Shown: positions 1-8,678, numbered from the stretch's first letter. The stretch: DNA of 64,000 nt from an uncultured Planctomycetia bacterium (GCA_964352425.1 CAYGRZ010000001.1:64672-128671); one strand, 5' to 3'. A program made the numbers and translations. Notes: a model not told the origin generated them from the letters alone.

Positions 1-278
1 ACCGGCTGGCCAAAGAGATAGAGAAGGCGACCGGTTATGAAACGCGCTCGACCGTTTTTGGCCATATCCAGAGGGGCGGATCGCCGACCGCATACGACAG
101 GTACCTCGGCACACGTTTCGGGATAACGGCGATGGAGCTGGTGCTGGCCGGGAAGTACGGTTACATGGCAAGCCTGAAAGGCACCGACGTCGTCGGAGTG
201 CCGCTGCAGGATGCCGTCGGCACGTTGAAGACGGTCGACAGCACGATGTATGAGCTTGCCAGGACCTTCTTCGGATAA
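1..278 (+). CDS. pfkA: 6-phosphofructokinase, C-terminal fragment (frame 3, truncated by window edge)
   Basis: Translation ...GHIQRGGSPTAYDRYLGTRFG...MYELARTFFG* carries the classic PFK C-terminal motif; stop TAA at 276-278. Confidence 0.8.
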   Translation, partial: RLAKEIEKATGYETRSTVFGHIQRGGSPTAYDRYLGTRFGITAMELVLAGKYGYMASLKGTDVVGVPLQDAVGTLKTVDSTMYELARTFFG

Positions 279-289
279 AACGAGGTGGT

Positions 290-859
290 ATGAAAAAGAC
301 TATCGATGAGATCATTAAAGAGAGCCTGCAAGTAACGGAGAGCCTGTCGCAGAACTCTTCAGCGGCGATCGAGAAGGCGGCCGTCGCTATAATCGATTCG
401 CTGAAGGCCGGCGGCAAGGTCATCGTCTTCGGCAACGGCGGAAGCGCCGCCGACAGCCAGCATTTAGCTGCTGAGCTTGTCGGGCGCTTCAAGAAGGAGC
501 GCCGGCCGCTCGCGGCGCTGGCGCTGACGACGAACACGTCGACGCTGACGGCGGTGGCGAACGACTACAGCTTTGAGGCGGTATTTTCGCGGCAGATCGA
601 AGCGCTTGCCAAAAAAGGTGACATAGCGATCGGGATATCGACGAGCGGTAACTCGAGGAACGTGATCGAGGGCGTACGGATGGCGAAGGCCTATGCGCTG
701 ACCACGATCGCGCTCACCGGCTGTAGCGGCGGGATATTGAAAGAGCTGTGCGATATCTCGATCATAGCCGATTCCAATGATACCGCCAGGATCCAGGAAG
801 CGCACATAACCGTTATCCATATCATCTGCGAGCTGATCGAGAGATGGATGCTAAGATAA
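290..859 (+). CDS. gmhA: D-sedoheptulose-7-phosphate isomerase (SIS domain)
   Basis: GNGGSAADSQHLAAEL SIS motif; GAGG RBS upstream of the ATG at 290. Confidence 0.85.
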   Translation: MKKTIDEIIKESLQVTESLSQNSSAAIEKAAVAIIDSLKAGGKVIVFGNGGSAADSQHLAAELVGRFKKERRPLAALALTTNTSTLTAVANDYSFEAVFSRQIEALAKKGDIAIGISTSGNSRNVIEGVRMAKAYALTTIALTGCSGGILKELCDISIIADSNDTARIQEAHITVIHIICELIERWMLR

Positions 860-1314
860 AAAGCCGCCGGGCGCTGGCAAAGATCATCGCGGGCCTGCGC
901 GCGCGCTCGAAAAGGATAGTCTTCACGAACGGGTGCTTCGACATCCTGCATGTCGGCCACATCGTGTACCTGAAGAAAGCCCGCGCGCTGGGAGACACGC
1001 TCGTCGTGGGCTTAAACAGCGACGCTTCGGTCCGCAGGATCAAAGGCAGGCAGAGACCGATAAACGCTCAGGCCGACAGGGCACAGATACTCGCGTCGCT
1101 CTATTTTGTCGATTACGTGACCGTCTTCGGCGAGCCGACCCCGGATACGCTGATACGGGCGCTGAAGCCCGACATCCTCGCCAAGGGCGCGGACTGGAAG
1201 GCGCCGGATATCGCCGGCGGCGACTTTGTACGGTCGTACGGCGGCCGCGTCGCGCGGATACCGCTGGTCAAAGGTTATTCGACGACGGCCACCATCAGGA
1301 AGCTGGGCTCATAG
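844..1314 (+). CDS. D-beta-D-heptose-1-phosphate adenylyltransferase (RfaE domain II-type cytidylyltransferase)
   Basis: FTNGCFDILHVGHIVYLKKAR nucleotidyltransferase motif; overlaps gmhA by 16 nt. Confidence 0.8.
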   Translation: MDAKIKSRRALAKIIAGLRARSKRIVFTNGCFDILHVGHIVYLKKARALGDTLVVGLNSDASVRRIKGRQRPINAQADRAQILASLYFVDYVTVFGEPTPDTLIRALKPDILAKGADWKAPDIAGGDFVRSYGGRVARIPLVKGYSTTATIRKLGS

Positions 1315-1755
1315 ATGAAGCCGGGGCGGGATATCTACCGCATCATCGACGCGAACTTCAACCGGTCACGGGAAGGGTTGAGGGTCTGCGAGGACATCGC
1401 GCGTTTTATCATGAATCGGTCCTCGGTCTCGCGGGAACTGAAATCTCTGCGGCACGGGGTATCCGCGATCATCCGGTTGTCGCCGGCGACGGCAAAGATC
1501 CTCCTTGAGTCGCGCAGCGCCGCCAAGGATGTCGGACGGTCGATCAGGCTCAAGACCGAAGTCGAGCGCTCCGGCTATGCCGACATATTCGTGGCGAGCA
1601 TTCAGCGCGTGAAAGAAAGCTTGCGGGTATTGGAGGAGTTCTTTAAGTTGATAGACATAGAACTTGCGGTCAAATTATCTGACTTGCGCTTCAGGACATA
1701 TGACATCGAAAAAAAAGCTGTTAAGTCGCTCGCTTCTCTGCGTCATCGTCGATAA
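1315..1755 (+). CDS. ThiE-associated protein (ThiD2-like family, assignment uncertain)
   Basis: ORF starts directly after the rfaE stop and overlaps thiE; DIYRIIDANFNRSREGLRVCEDIARF resembles the domain found N-terminal to or adjacent to ThiE. Confidence 0.5.
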   Translation: MKPGRDIYRIIDANFNRSREGLRVCEDIARFIMNRSSVSRELKSLRHGVSAIIRLSPATAKILLESRSAAKDVGRSIRLKTEVERSGYADIFVASIQRVKESLRVLEEFFKLIDIELAVKLSDLRFRTYDIEKKAVKSLASLRHRR

Positions 1756-2332
1756 AAGCTTTTGCGACGATGCCCGGGCGTGTTCTGTGGCAAGGAAGGC
1801 TGCCGCGGCTGGCGCGGACATGATACAGCTGAGAGGCAAGCGCGCCGAGACTGCAGCTCTAATAAGAACAGCGAAGCTCATTAAAAGGATCACAGGCCGT
1901 TACCGGATACCGCTCGTCATCAATGACCGGATCGATGTTGCGCTCGCCTCAGGTGCTGACGGGCTGCACATAGGATGCGGCGATATCAGCGCTGAAGCCG
2001 CGCGTAAACTGCTCGGCAGGGATGCGATCATCGGCATTTCTGCTGCAACCATCGGGCAGGCCAGGAGGGCGGTGCGGCAGGGCGCATCGTATATCGGCGC
2101 AGGACCGGTCTTCGCGACGCCGCTCAAGAAGGCCAAGCCAGCGGCCGGTATACGGCTTCTCAACAGGCTGCGAGGGTTCAGCGTGCCGGTCGTCGCGATC
2201 GGCGGTATTAGTGCTAAGAATATATACAAGCTTACTGAGCAGGGCTTTAATAAAGTAGCGGTTATCCGGGCTGTGATGAATTCGCGTGATCCGTTAGGCG
2301 CGGCCAGAAGATTGAAAGAGGCTTTGACATAA
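1700..2332 (+). CDS. thiE: thiamine-phosphate synthase
   Basis: Internal ATG of ORF 1664..2332 (MTSKKKLL...); VINDRIDVALASGADGLHIG and GGIS motifs typical of ThiE. Confidence 0.85.
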   Translation: MTSKKKLLSRSLLCVIVDKSFCDDARACSVARKAAAAGADMIQLRGKRAETAALIRTAKLIKRITGRYRIPLVINDRIDVALASGADGLHIGCGDISAEAARKLLGRDAIIGISAATIGQARRAVRQGASYIGAGPVFATPLKKAKPAAGIRLLNRLRGFSVPVVAIGGISAKNIYKLTEQGFNKVAVIRAVMNSRDPLGAARRLKEALT

Positions 2333-3619
2333 ATGACACAGCTGGAGATGGCACGAGCCGGCAGGATATCCGCCGAGATGCGCCGCGTAGCGAAAGACGA
2401 AGCCTTAAGCGTCGAGTTCATCCGTCGCGGCATTGCGGCAGGGCGCATCGTCATCCCGAAGAACTGTCTTCGCCGCGTCGCGAAACCATGCGGCATAGGC
2501 TCAGGTCTCAAGACGAAGATCAACGCGAATATCGGGACGTCGAAAGGCCAGTCGAATATAGCGCGAGAGCTCAGGAAGATGGATGCCGCGGTCGGGCTGG
2601 GCTCCGATACGATAATGGACCTCTCGACCGGTAGAGACATAGCCGGGACCAGGCGCAGGATACTTCGAGCGGCAACGGTGCCGGTCGGCACGGTCCCTAT
2701 TTACGAGATCGTGATAAACGGCCTTAAGAAATACGGCCGTATAAAGGATATCACTGTCGCTGAGATGCTCGCCGTATTGGAGGTACAGGCCAAAGACGGC
2801 GTCGACTTCTTCACGATCCACGCAGGCGTCGTTCGTAGTGCGCTCGCTTCTTTGCGCGCCAACCCAAGGCTGCTCGATATCGTAAGCAGGGGCGGCGCAT
2901 TCCTCGCGCAGTGGATGATAGAGAACGCTCAGGAGAACCCGTTTTACACGCGTTTTGACGCCGTCATCGATATCGCGAGAAAATATGACGTCACGCTGAG
3001 CCTGGGCGACGGCCTGAGGCCGGGCGCCATCGCCGATGCAACCGACTGCCCGCAGGTCCTGGAACTGCTCACGCTGGGCCAGCTGCAGAAGAAGGCGACC
3101 AGGAGGGGCGTACAGGTCATGATAGAAGGCCCCGGCCACGTTCCACTCAATCAGATCGAGGCGAATGTTGTGATGGAGAAGGCGCTCTGTAGCGGCGCCC
3201 CGTTCTATGTGCTCGGACCGCTCGTCACAGATATCGCGCCCGGCTACGACCATATCACCGCGGCCATAGGCGGCGCGCTCGCGGGCGCGAAAGGCGCCGA
3301 CTACCTGTGTTATGTGACGCCGGCTGAACACCTGCGGCTGCCGACGCTTGACGATGTAAAAGAGGGCGTGATCGCGACCAAGATAGCCGCTCACGCGGCG
3401 GACGTCGCGAAGGGGCTGAAAGGCGCCATCGACCGTGATATCGCCATATCGAAAGCGCGCCGCGCGCGGGACTGGAAGCGACAGTTCGCGCTCGCGATAG
3501 ACAAGGTTAAGCCGACAAAGTACAGACGCTCGTCGCGGCCGGGCAGCAAAGACGTATGTACCATGTGCGGCGAATACTGCTCCATCAAAGTCGCCGATAC
3601 GTGTTTTGGGAGGAAATAA
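2333..3619 (+). CDS. thiC: phosphomethylpyrimidine synthase (radical-SAM ThiC)
   Basis: 428 aa; ThiC-type sequence with C-terminal CTMCGEYCSIK Fe-S motif; ATG directly after the thiE stop. Confidence 0.9.
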   Translation: MTQLEMARAGRISAEMRRVAKDEALSVEFIRRGIAAGRIVIPKNCLRRVAKPCGIGSGLKTKINANIGTSKGQSNIARELRKMDAAVGLGSDTIMDLSTGRDIAGTRRRILRAATVPVGTVPIYEIVINGLKKYGRIKDITVAEMLAVLEVQAKDGVDFFTIHAGVVRSALASLRANPRLLDIVSRGGAFLAQWMIENAQENPFYTRFDAVIDIARKYDVTLSLGDGLRPGAIADATDCPQVLELLTLGQLQKKATRRGVQVMIEGPGHVPLNQIEANVVMEKALCSGAPFYVLGPLVTDIAPGYDHITAAIGGALAGAKGADYLCYVTPAEHLRLPTLDDVKEGVIATKIAAHAADVAKGLKGAIDRDIAISKARRARDWKRQFALAIDKVKPTKYRRSSRPGSKDVCTMCGEYCSIKVADTCFGRK

Positions 3620-3642
3620 ATTTTTCGGCTACCCGGGGCGGT

Positions 3643-3660
3643 GAACTTTTGGGCACTCGC
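3643..3660. repeat. repeat module A (aacttttgggcactcgc), copy 1; copy 2 at 11298..11316, same orientation
   Basis: Identical 17-mer downstream of the thiC stop and downstream of the dgt stop. Confidence 0.6.
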
Positions 3661-3688
3661 CTCCGGCTGAGGATCGCGAAAATCTTCC

Positions 3689-3822
3689 GGGTCCTGCCGC
3701 TCGGTCGCCTTTCGGCGCTCGCGCGGGGTTCACAAGCGATGAGCTGACAGGCGGGTGTCTGTACTGCCCCATCCCGCGCTTCGCACCTCAAGGCTGGACC
3801 GAGCGTCACCCGTAAGATTTTC
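3689..3822. repeat. ~135 bp repeat module B, copy 1 (inverted relative to copy 2 at 11462..11650)
   Basis: Reverse complement of 3689-3822 aligns at ~80-85% identity with 11462-11595, sharing a core ...gcgggatggggcagtacagacacccgcctgtcagc...gtgaaccccgcgcgagcgc... Confidence 0.7.
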
Positions 3823-3856
3823 GCCTGCATATGATGATATCGGCAGTGCACAAAAG

Positions 3857-3886
3857 TTCCGCCACTCGAGGAAGCCGAATAATTTC
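3857..3886. repeat. repeat module C (ttccgccactcgaggaagccgaataatttc), copy 1; copy 2 at 11371..11400, same orientation
   Basis: ~30 bp near-identical segment in both loci. Confidence 0.55.
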
Positions 3887-3951
3887 TAAGAGTGGCTGAA
3901 GAATTGCTCCAGATACCGTCTCGGCTGTGAGGATGCTATAGGAGAAGTGAT

Positions 3952-4188
3952 ATGCCAGGGTATAGAGCTGATCCAGAAGAGATAAAAAAGGTGTTTTTAA
4001 TAGTTATTGGCATTTTCTTTTTTATAATAGGCGTTTTTTTTATTTTGCAACTTACCGGAGTTGCAAATATGGAGATATTTCGTAGTTCCGGTTTGGACTG
4101 GCTAAGAATTCTCTTATTTGTAATCGTAGTTATTCTGATTCTTTCTTTAGTATTTGGTATTTTGAAGAAGTTGTACGGTGATGAATAG
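3952..4188 (+). CDS. small two-TM membrane protein (hypothetical) in an AT-rich island
   Basis: 78 aa with two strongly hydrophobic helices; GGAG RBS 8 nt upstream of the ATG; local GC well below the window average. Confidence 0.4.
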   Translation: MPGYRADPEEIKKVFLIVIGIFFFIIGVFFILQLTGVANMEIFRSSGLDWLRILLFVIVVILILSLVFGILKKLYGDE

Positions 4189-4556
4189 CAAGGGGAGTGG
4201 CCATCCCGCGATAGAAGGGAAGTTTCTAGTATTTGAGATGGTCGCAGGCGGCGGGACTTTTGCGCGAAGCCTGAAGCGGCGAATTTAAGACCTATGCCGA
4301 TGTTATGTGAGCACAATGAAAATGTTAGGTCTTTTGTGAAGAAGAAAAAGGGTTATATATAAGGATTTTTCCATATTAAAAGAACCGAGGATGCCCGAGG
4401 CCGCTTCCATGCGGCCGAGTTCCGCAGGTTCCCCTTTTTCGACTGAGCAAAAGACCGACCTCGAGCGAAGCGAGAGGGAACATTTTCGCTGCCACCTTTT
4501 AGGAGGCTTGTGCGAACATAGCGAGGCATAGGTCTGGAAACAAAAAAAGGATAGCG

Positions 4557-5456
4557 ATGAGCATTCTGGTAATAGGATCGGTGGCGCTTGATTCGGTGCA
4601 GACGCCATTCGGGAAAAAGACGGAAGTGCTCGGAGGGTCGGCGACGTTCTTCTCTCTCGCGGCATCATTCTTCAACAAGGTCGATATCGTGGCGACCGTC
4701 GGCGAGGACTTCCCGAAGCGGTACGTGACGATGTTCAGGAACAAGGGGATAGGTACCGTTGGGCTTACCGTATCGAAAGGCGAGACCTTCAGATGGAAGG
4801 GCCGCTACGACTACGATCTGAATACCGCGCACACGATATCGACGCACCTCAACGTATTCAGGGACTTCGACCCGCAGGTCCCCAGGCACCTGCGCTCGCC
4901 CGATTTCCTGTTCCTGGCAAACATTGACCCGGACCTTCAATACCGGGTTCTGCAGCAGGTCAAGCGCCCCCGGCTTGTCGCGTGCGATTCGATGAATTAC
5001 TGGATAGCCACGAAGCGCAAATCGCTCGAGCGGCTGCTCGACAAGATCGACATCCTGCTCCTGAACGACGCCGAGGCGCGGCAGCTGAGCGGTGAATCCA
5101 ACCTGATCAGGGCCGCGCGGCTCGTCATATCGTTCGGGCCGAAGGCGGTCATCATCAAGCGGGGAGAGCACGGCGTCCTTTACTTCTCCAAGAAAGCCCA
5201 TTTCGTTGCGCCGGCATACCTTCTCGATACGATATGCGATCCCACTGGCGCAGGCGATACGTTCGCGGGCGGCATGATGGGTTATTTAAGCAGGTCGAAG
5301 GTTGTAGATGACGCACGCATCAGGAAGAGCATCATTTACGGGAGCATCATGGCTTCGTTCACTGTCGAGGATTTCAGCGTAAACAGGCTCCTCGAGATAT
5401 CGAAGAAGGACATACGGGGCCGGTTCGATCATTTCAGGAGCATAACGAAATATTAA
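4557..5456 (+). CDS. PfkB-family carbohydrate/nucleoside kinase (ribokinase-like)
   Basis: DPTGAGDTFAGG PfkB signature and an N-terminal GG motif. Confidence 0.85.
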   Translation: MSILVIGSVALDSVQTPFGKKTEVLGGSATFFSLAASFFNKVDIVATVGEDFPKRYVTMFRNKGIGTVGLTVSKGETFRWKGRYDYDLNTAHTISTHLNVFRDFDPQVPRHLRSPDFLFLANIDPDLQYRVLQQVKRPRLVACDSMNYWIATKRKSLERLLDKIDILLLNDAEARQLSGESNLIRAARLVISFGPKAVIIKRGEHGVLYFSKKAHFVAPAYLLDTICDPTGAGDTFAGGMMGYLSRSKVVDDARIRKSIIYGSIMASFTVEDFSVNRLLEISKKDIRGRFDHFRSITKY

Positions 5457-5484
5457 AGCGGTCTGCTGTGCGGGCGAGCGTAGT

Positions 5485-5531
5485 TTCCGCCTTCGCCTTT
5501 TCTTGTTAGGCTGCGAGAGGCTTCGGCGGAC
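5485..5531. repeat. 47 bp GC-rich repeat (ttccgccttcgcc-N19-gaggcttcggcggac), copy 1; copy 2 at 6480..6525
   Basis: Both 13-mer and 15-mer arms are identical with an 18-19 nt spacer; the copies flank tRNA-Gly and the LysM/M23 gene. Confidence 0.6.
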
Positions 5532-5592
5532 TTCGCCATGAATAGAGTGATGTGGGGTTTAGGCTTGCACACTATGCTATTGAAATATTTAA

Positions 5593-5666
5593 GCGAGCGT
5601 AGTTCAATGGTAGAATACTAGCTTCCCAAGCTAGATACGGGGGTTCGATTCCCCTCGCTCGCTCCA
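5593..5666 (+). tRNA. tRNA-Gly (anticodon CCC)
   Basis: Cloverleaf folds by hand: acceptor GCGAGCG/CGCTCGC, D-stem GTTC/GAAT, anticodon stem CTAGC/GCTAG with loop TTCCCAA, T-arm GGGGG-TTCGATT-CCCCT, 3' CCA encoded. Near-identical in pattern to E. coli glyU. Confidence 0.9.
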
Positions 5667-5681
5667 GTTTTACCGAAAGAG

Positions 5682-6428
5682 ATGAAGATGAAGGTAATTA
5701 TTATTATAGTGTCGGCCCTTGCGCTCGCCGGATGCGCGACGACACACCAGCGCACATACACCTGCGCTACGCCGGTGTATTCCCATGAATACGACTCGGT
5801 GAACCTCGCTCCGACTGTCGGGGGCCTCCAGCCGATGGCGCCTGCGCAAGTTCGTCATACCGTACGGCCCGGCGAGACGCTCTGGGGCATCTCGAAGGCA
5901 TATGATGTCGATCTCGACGACCTCGTGAAGGCTAACTCGATAAAGGATACAGGCTCGATCGAAAAAGGTCAGATCCTGGCCATACCCGGCAGGGCGCGGT
6001 CCGGGCCTGTAGCAAGGGCCGCCACGACCACCTATGCGCGGTCACGATCCGCGGTCTCTTTTGTCTGGCCGGTAAAGGGCGCTGTTCTGTCCCGTTTCGG
6101 ATCGACCGCCGACAAGGTCGTGAATAAAGGCATCGATATCAAAGCGAATGAAGGCTCAGGCGTTGCCGCCTCCCGGGAGGGGAAGGTCGTGTTTTGCGAT
6201 GAATATCTGAAAGGGTTCGGCAAGACCGTCATCATAGACCATATGGACGGCTACCAGACGGTCTACTCCTATAATTCTGATATTACCGTCAGGGTCGGCG
6301 ACACGGTCCGGCAGCGGGATGTGATCGCAAAGGTCGGTTCAAGCGGCCGCGCCCGGGTGTCGATGCTCCATTTCGAGATACGCAGGAACGGGGAGCCGCA
6401 GAACCCGGAGTTTTATCTGACGAAATAG
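5682..6428 (+). CDS. LysM-domain M23 metallopeptidase lipoprotein (NlpD-like)
   Basis: Signal peptide with lipobox LAGC; LysM (VRPGETLWGISKAYDVDLDDL); M23 motifs (KGIDIKA...IIDHMDGYQTVYSYN...HFEIRRNG). Confidence 0.85.
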   Translation: MKMKVIIIIVSALALAGCATTHQRTYTCATPVYSHEYDSVNLAPTVGGLQPMAPAQVRHTVRPGETLWGISKAYDVDLDDLVKANSIKDTGSIEKGQILAIPGRARSGPVARAATTTYARSRSAVSFVWPVKGAVLSRFGSTADKVVNKGIDIKANEGSGVAASREGKVVFCDEYLKGFGKTVIIDHMDGYQTVYSYNSDITVRVGDTVRQRDVIAKVGSSGRARVSMLHFEIRRNGEPQNPEFYLTK

Positions 6429-6567
6429 TAACGGTTGTACATCCTCCTTCGCCTGTGCATGTGATTGAGGGAGATTGGCTTCCGCCTTCGCCGTCACGCC
6501 TGGACCGGATGAGGCTTCGGCGGACAGGTCGGCGGATGATTTCACCGGAATAAATTATGAGGAAATC

Positions 6568-8199
6568 ATGTTTAGCGAACCGGTAGTGGGACAGGATTTT
6601 TTCGGCCGTGAAGAAGTGCTCGAGATACTGAATAAGAGGGTGCTCGCCCTGAAGGACGGCTACAGGCAGAACGTCGCGCTGACCGGCCAGAGCCTCGCCG
6701 GCAAATCATCGATCATCCTTCATTTCCTGCACACGATACAGGAAGAGGGCTTTATACCCATCTATGTGGAAGTGGTCAGGGAGCCGTTCCGGTCATTCGC
6801 GAACAAATTTATCGCGACGATGCTCTTCCACGCCATGCTGAAGAAGGGCGAACAGCCTGCCTCGGACCTGGCCTCCCTGCTGGAGACCGGCCAGGATGTG
6901 CTCCCGAAGACCTCATCCGCGATAAAGCAGGTGAGCGCCTATATCGAGCGCGGGGAATGCGAAACCGCGTATCAGTCGCTCCTCGAACTCACCTCGGTCC
7001 TGAAGGCCGAGCTCGGAACCCCGTGCATTGTCATACTGGACGAATTCGACAATCTCGAAGGCCTCGGCATAAAGAACCCGTTCCTGAGTTTCGGCAAGGT
7101 CATCATGGTCCAGAAGGACACGATGTATATAGTCTCGAGCTCCCGGAACCTTGCGATAAAGAAGATCATCTCCGAAAAGCTCTCGCTCCTTTTCGGGAAC
7201 TTCGAGGTCGTCAAGGTCGAAAATTACGGTATTAAGGTATCCTGCGATTTTCTCCATACAAGGCTCGGCGGGTTCGAAATCGATGAGTTTGCGAAGAAGT
7301 TCCTGATAGCCTTCACCGACGGCAACCCCTTCTACCTGAGCAGGATGGCGGGCCTGTTGAAAGAGACGGCTATCGGGCGCATGACGAGCCTGATAGACGC
7401 CGATATGGTTTCCGACGCGATACTCGAGCTCGTCTATAACTCGAACGGCACGATCCACCAGTATTTGATGAACTACATCCTCGAGCTGCTCGACACCAGG
7501 ACGAGGGACTACCATATAGCGATACTCGTGGCTATAGCCGGCGGCTGTAACAAGCATGCCGATATTGCCAGGCTCATCAGGACGACCCAGCGCGATGTGA
7601 TAGCCTCTCTCTCGCGCCTCTGCGAGCAGGGGCTGGTTTCCAAGAACGGCGTATTCTACGCGATTGACGATGTGATGCTCGAGTTCTGGCTCAAATACGT
7701 CTACCAGAGGAAGAAGGATCTCCTCGTCGACGGCGCGTTCGACAAGACGGCGCTCTTCAGGGAAGAGATCAAGGCCTATATGGCCTCGTTCGCGCAGGAA
7801 TACGGGATGAGCATCACCGCGCGTGTCGCCAGGCTTTTCAACCTGTTCTCGAACGAGCTCGTGCAGCTCGAATCGAAGAGCGCGAGGCTGCCGCACTTCA
7901 CCAAGGTCGAGGCGAAATCTTTTGCGGACGCTACGCACTACGTCGCGGCATCTTTCAGGGGGAATTTCTGGATAACGCAGGTCTTCGAGCGGGATGTGAA
8001 TGAAAATGACATCGTCTCATTCATACGGAACGTCAAGGGCCTGAACTGCACAATATCCAACAAGCTTTTAATATCGCTGAAGGGTATGGATGAGAACACA
8101 AAACTCCTTGCCAAGGAGCTGAAAATATCGATCTGGGACAGCCGCACCCTGAACAATCTGCTGAACCTCTACCGGATGAAAAGGATCATCATGCCGTGA
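6568..8199 (+). CDS. AAA+ ATPase (archaeal-ATPase/DUF234-type)
   Basis: Walker A GQSLAGKSS and Walker B IVILDEFDNL; the internal ATG at 6568 has a GAGG RBS, so the 31-aa N-terminal extension of ORF 6475 is rejected. Confidence 0.8.
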   Translation: MFSEPVVGQDFFGREEVLEILNKRVLALKDGYRQNVALTGQSLAGKSSIILHFLHTIQEEGFIPIYVEVVREPFRSFANKFIATMLFHAMLKKGEQPASDLASLLETGQDVLPKTSSAIKQVSAYIERGECETAYQSLLELTSVLKAELGTPCIVILDEFDNLEGLGIKNPFLSFGKVIMVQKDTMYIVSSSRNLAIKKIISEKLSLLFGNFEVVKVENYGIKVSCDFLHTRLGGFEIDEFAKKFLIAFTDGNPFYLSRMAGLLKETAIGRMTSLIDADMVSDAILELVYNSNGTIHQYLMNYILELLDTRTRDYHIAILVAIAGGCNKHADIARLIRTTQRDVIASLSRLCEQGLVSKNGVFYAIDDVMLEFWLKYVYQRKKDLLVDGAFDKTALFREEIKAYMASFAQEYGMSITARVARLFNLFSNELVQLESKSARLPHFTKVEAKSFADATHYVAASFRGNFWITQVFERDVNENDIVSFIRNVKGLNCTISNKLLISLKGMDENTKLLAKELKISIWDSRTLNNLLNLYRMKRIIMP

Positions 8200-8678
8200 A
8201 GATACTCGTCATTTCCGATACGCATATCCCGAGAGTGGCCCAGGACCTTCCTCAAAGCATCTATGATCAGATCGCGAAGGTCGATATGATCCTTCACGCC
8301 GGAGATTTTGTCGACGAAGACGTCCTGGTAAAATTGAAGAAGCTTAAAACGACGCATGCCGTCTATGGCAACATGGATTCGATCGTGCTTCGCCGCACGC
8401 TGAAGGCCAAGGAGGTCATTATGGCGGGCAAATTCAGGATAGGGTTGATACACGGTTACGGGGCGCCGCGCGATCTCTTAGATACGGTACGCTCGGAGTT
8501 CGGCACCGTTGACGCTATAGTCTTCGGCCATTCACATACGGCCGTGAGCACCATCAAGGACGGGATACTGTTCTTTAATCCGGGCAGCCCGACCGACACG
8601 ATATTCGCCGCCACAAATTCTTACGGCATCCTGGACGTGACCGACAAAAAGATAGAAGGCAGCATCGTCACATTATGA
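8196..8678 (+). CDS. YfcE/MJ0936-family metallophosphoesterase
   Basis: ISDTHIP...HAGDF...GHSH calcineurin-like motifs; 4-nt overlap with the upstream ATPase. Confidence 0.85.
   Translation: MKILVISDTHIPRVAQDLPQSIYDQIAKVDMILHAGDFVDEDVLVKLKKLKTTHAVYGNMDSIVLRRTLKAKEVIMAGKFRIGLIHGYGAPRDLLDTVRSEFGTVDAIVFGHSHTAVSTIKDGILFFNPGSPTDTIFAATNSYGILDVTDKKIEGSIVTL

Noticed and set aside
464-820. Minus-strand ORFs running antisense through clear + strand genes. Examples: 464-820, 1900-2691, 2501-3394, 6913-7938, 15634-16854, 18852-19436, 23247-23915, 25042-25749, 26048-26749, 35993-36313, 37435-38127, 49987-50607, 54717-55358, 62835-63821.
   Set aside because: High-GC antisense shadow ORFs. Their translations are Arg/Ala/Pro-rich or low-complexity and lack any recognisable domain, while the + strand partners have strong family signatures, RBSs and operon-style overlaps.
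933-1508. Off-frame + strand ORFs with Arg-rich products. Examples: 933-1508, 17533-18162, 17754-18056, 28353-28727, 59863-60459, 63117-63509.
   Set aside because: Alternative-frame readings of GC-rich coding sequence; the real frames encode conserved proteins.
1-2340. TPP riboswitch expected upstream of thi genes.
   Set aside because: No THI-box core sequence is visible anywhere between pfkA and thiC; intergenic spaces are only 0-12 nt.
3643-3660. Sigma-54 (-24/-12) promoter in module A (tGGGCACtcgc...).
   Set aside because: GG-N10-GC spacing and the TTGCW -12 element do not fit; no bEBP-type activator (AAA+ sigma54-interaction domain) is encoded in the window.
3585-3851. ORF 3585-3851 (-) and the 5' part of ORF 11468-11860 (+), both overlying repeat module B.
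   Set aside because: The two copies of the repeat are not conserved in a common reading frame (frames shift by one), so the similarity is at the DNA/RNA level, not protein.
5536-5592. Promoter for tRNA-Gly (TTGCAC ... TATTTAA).
   Set aside because: Hexamers and spacing are too poor to call with confidence.
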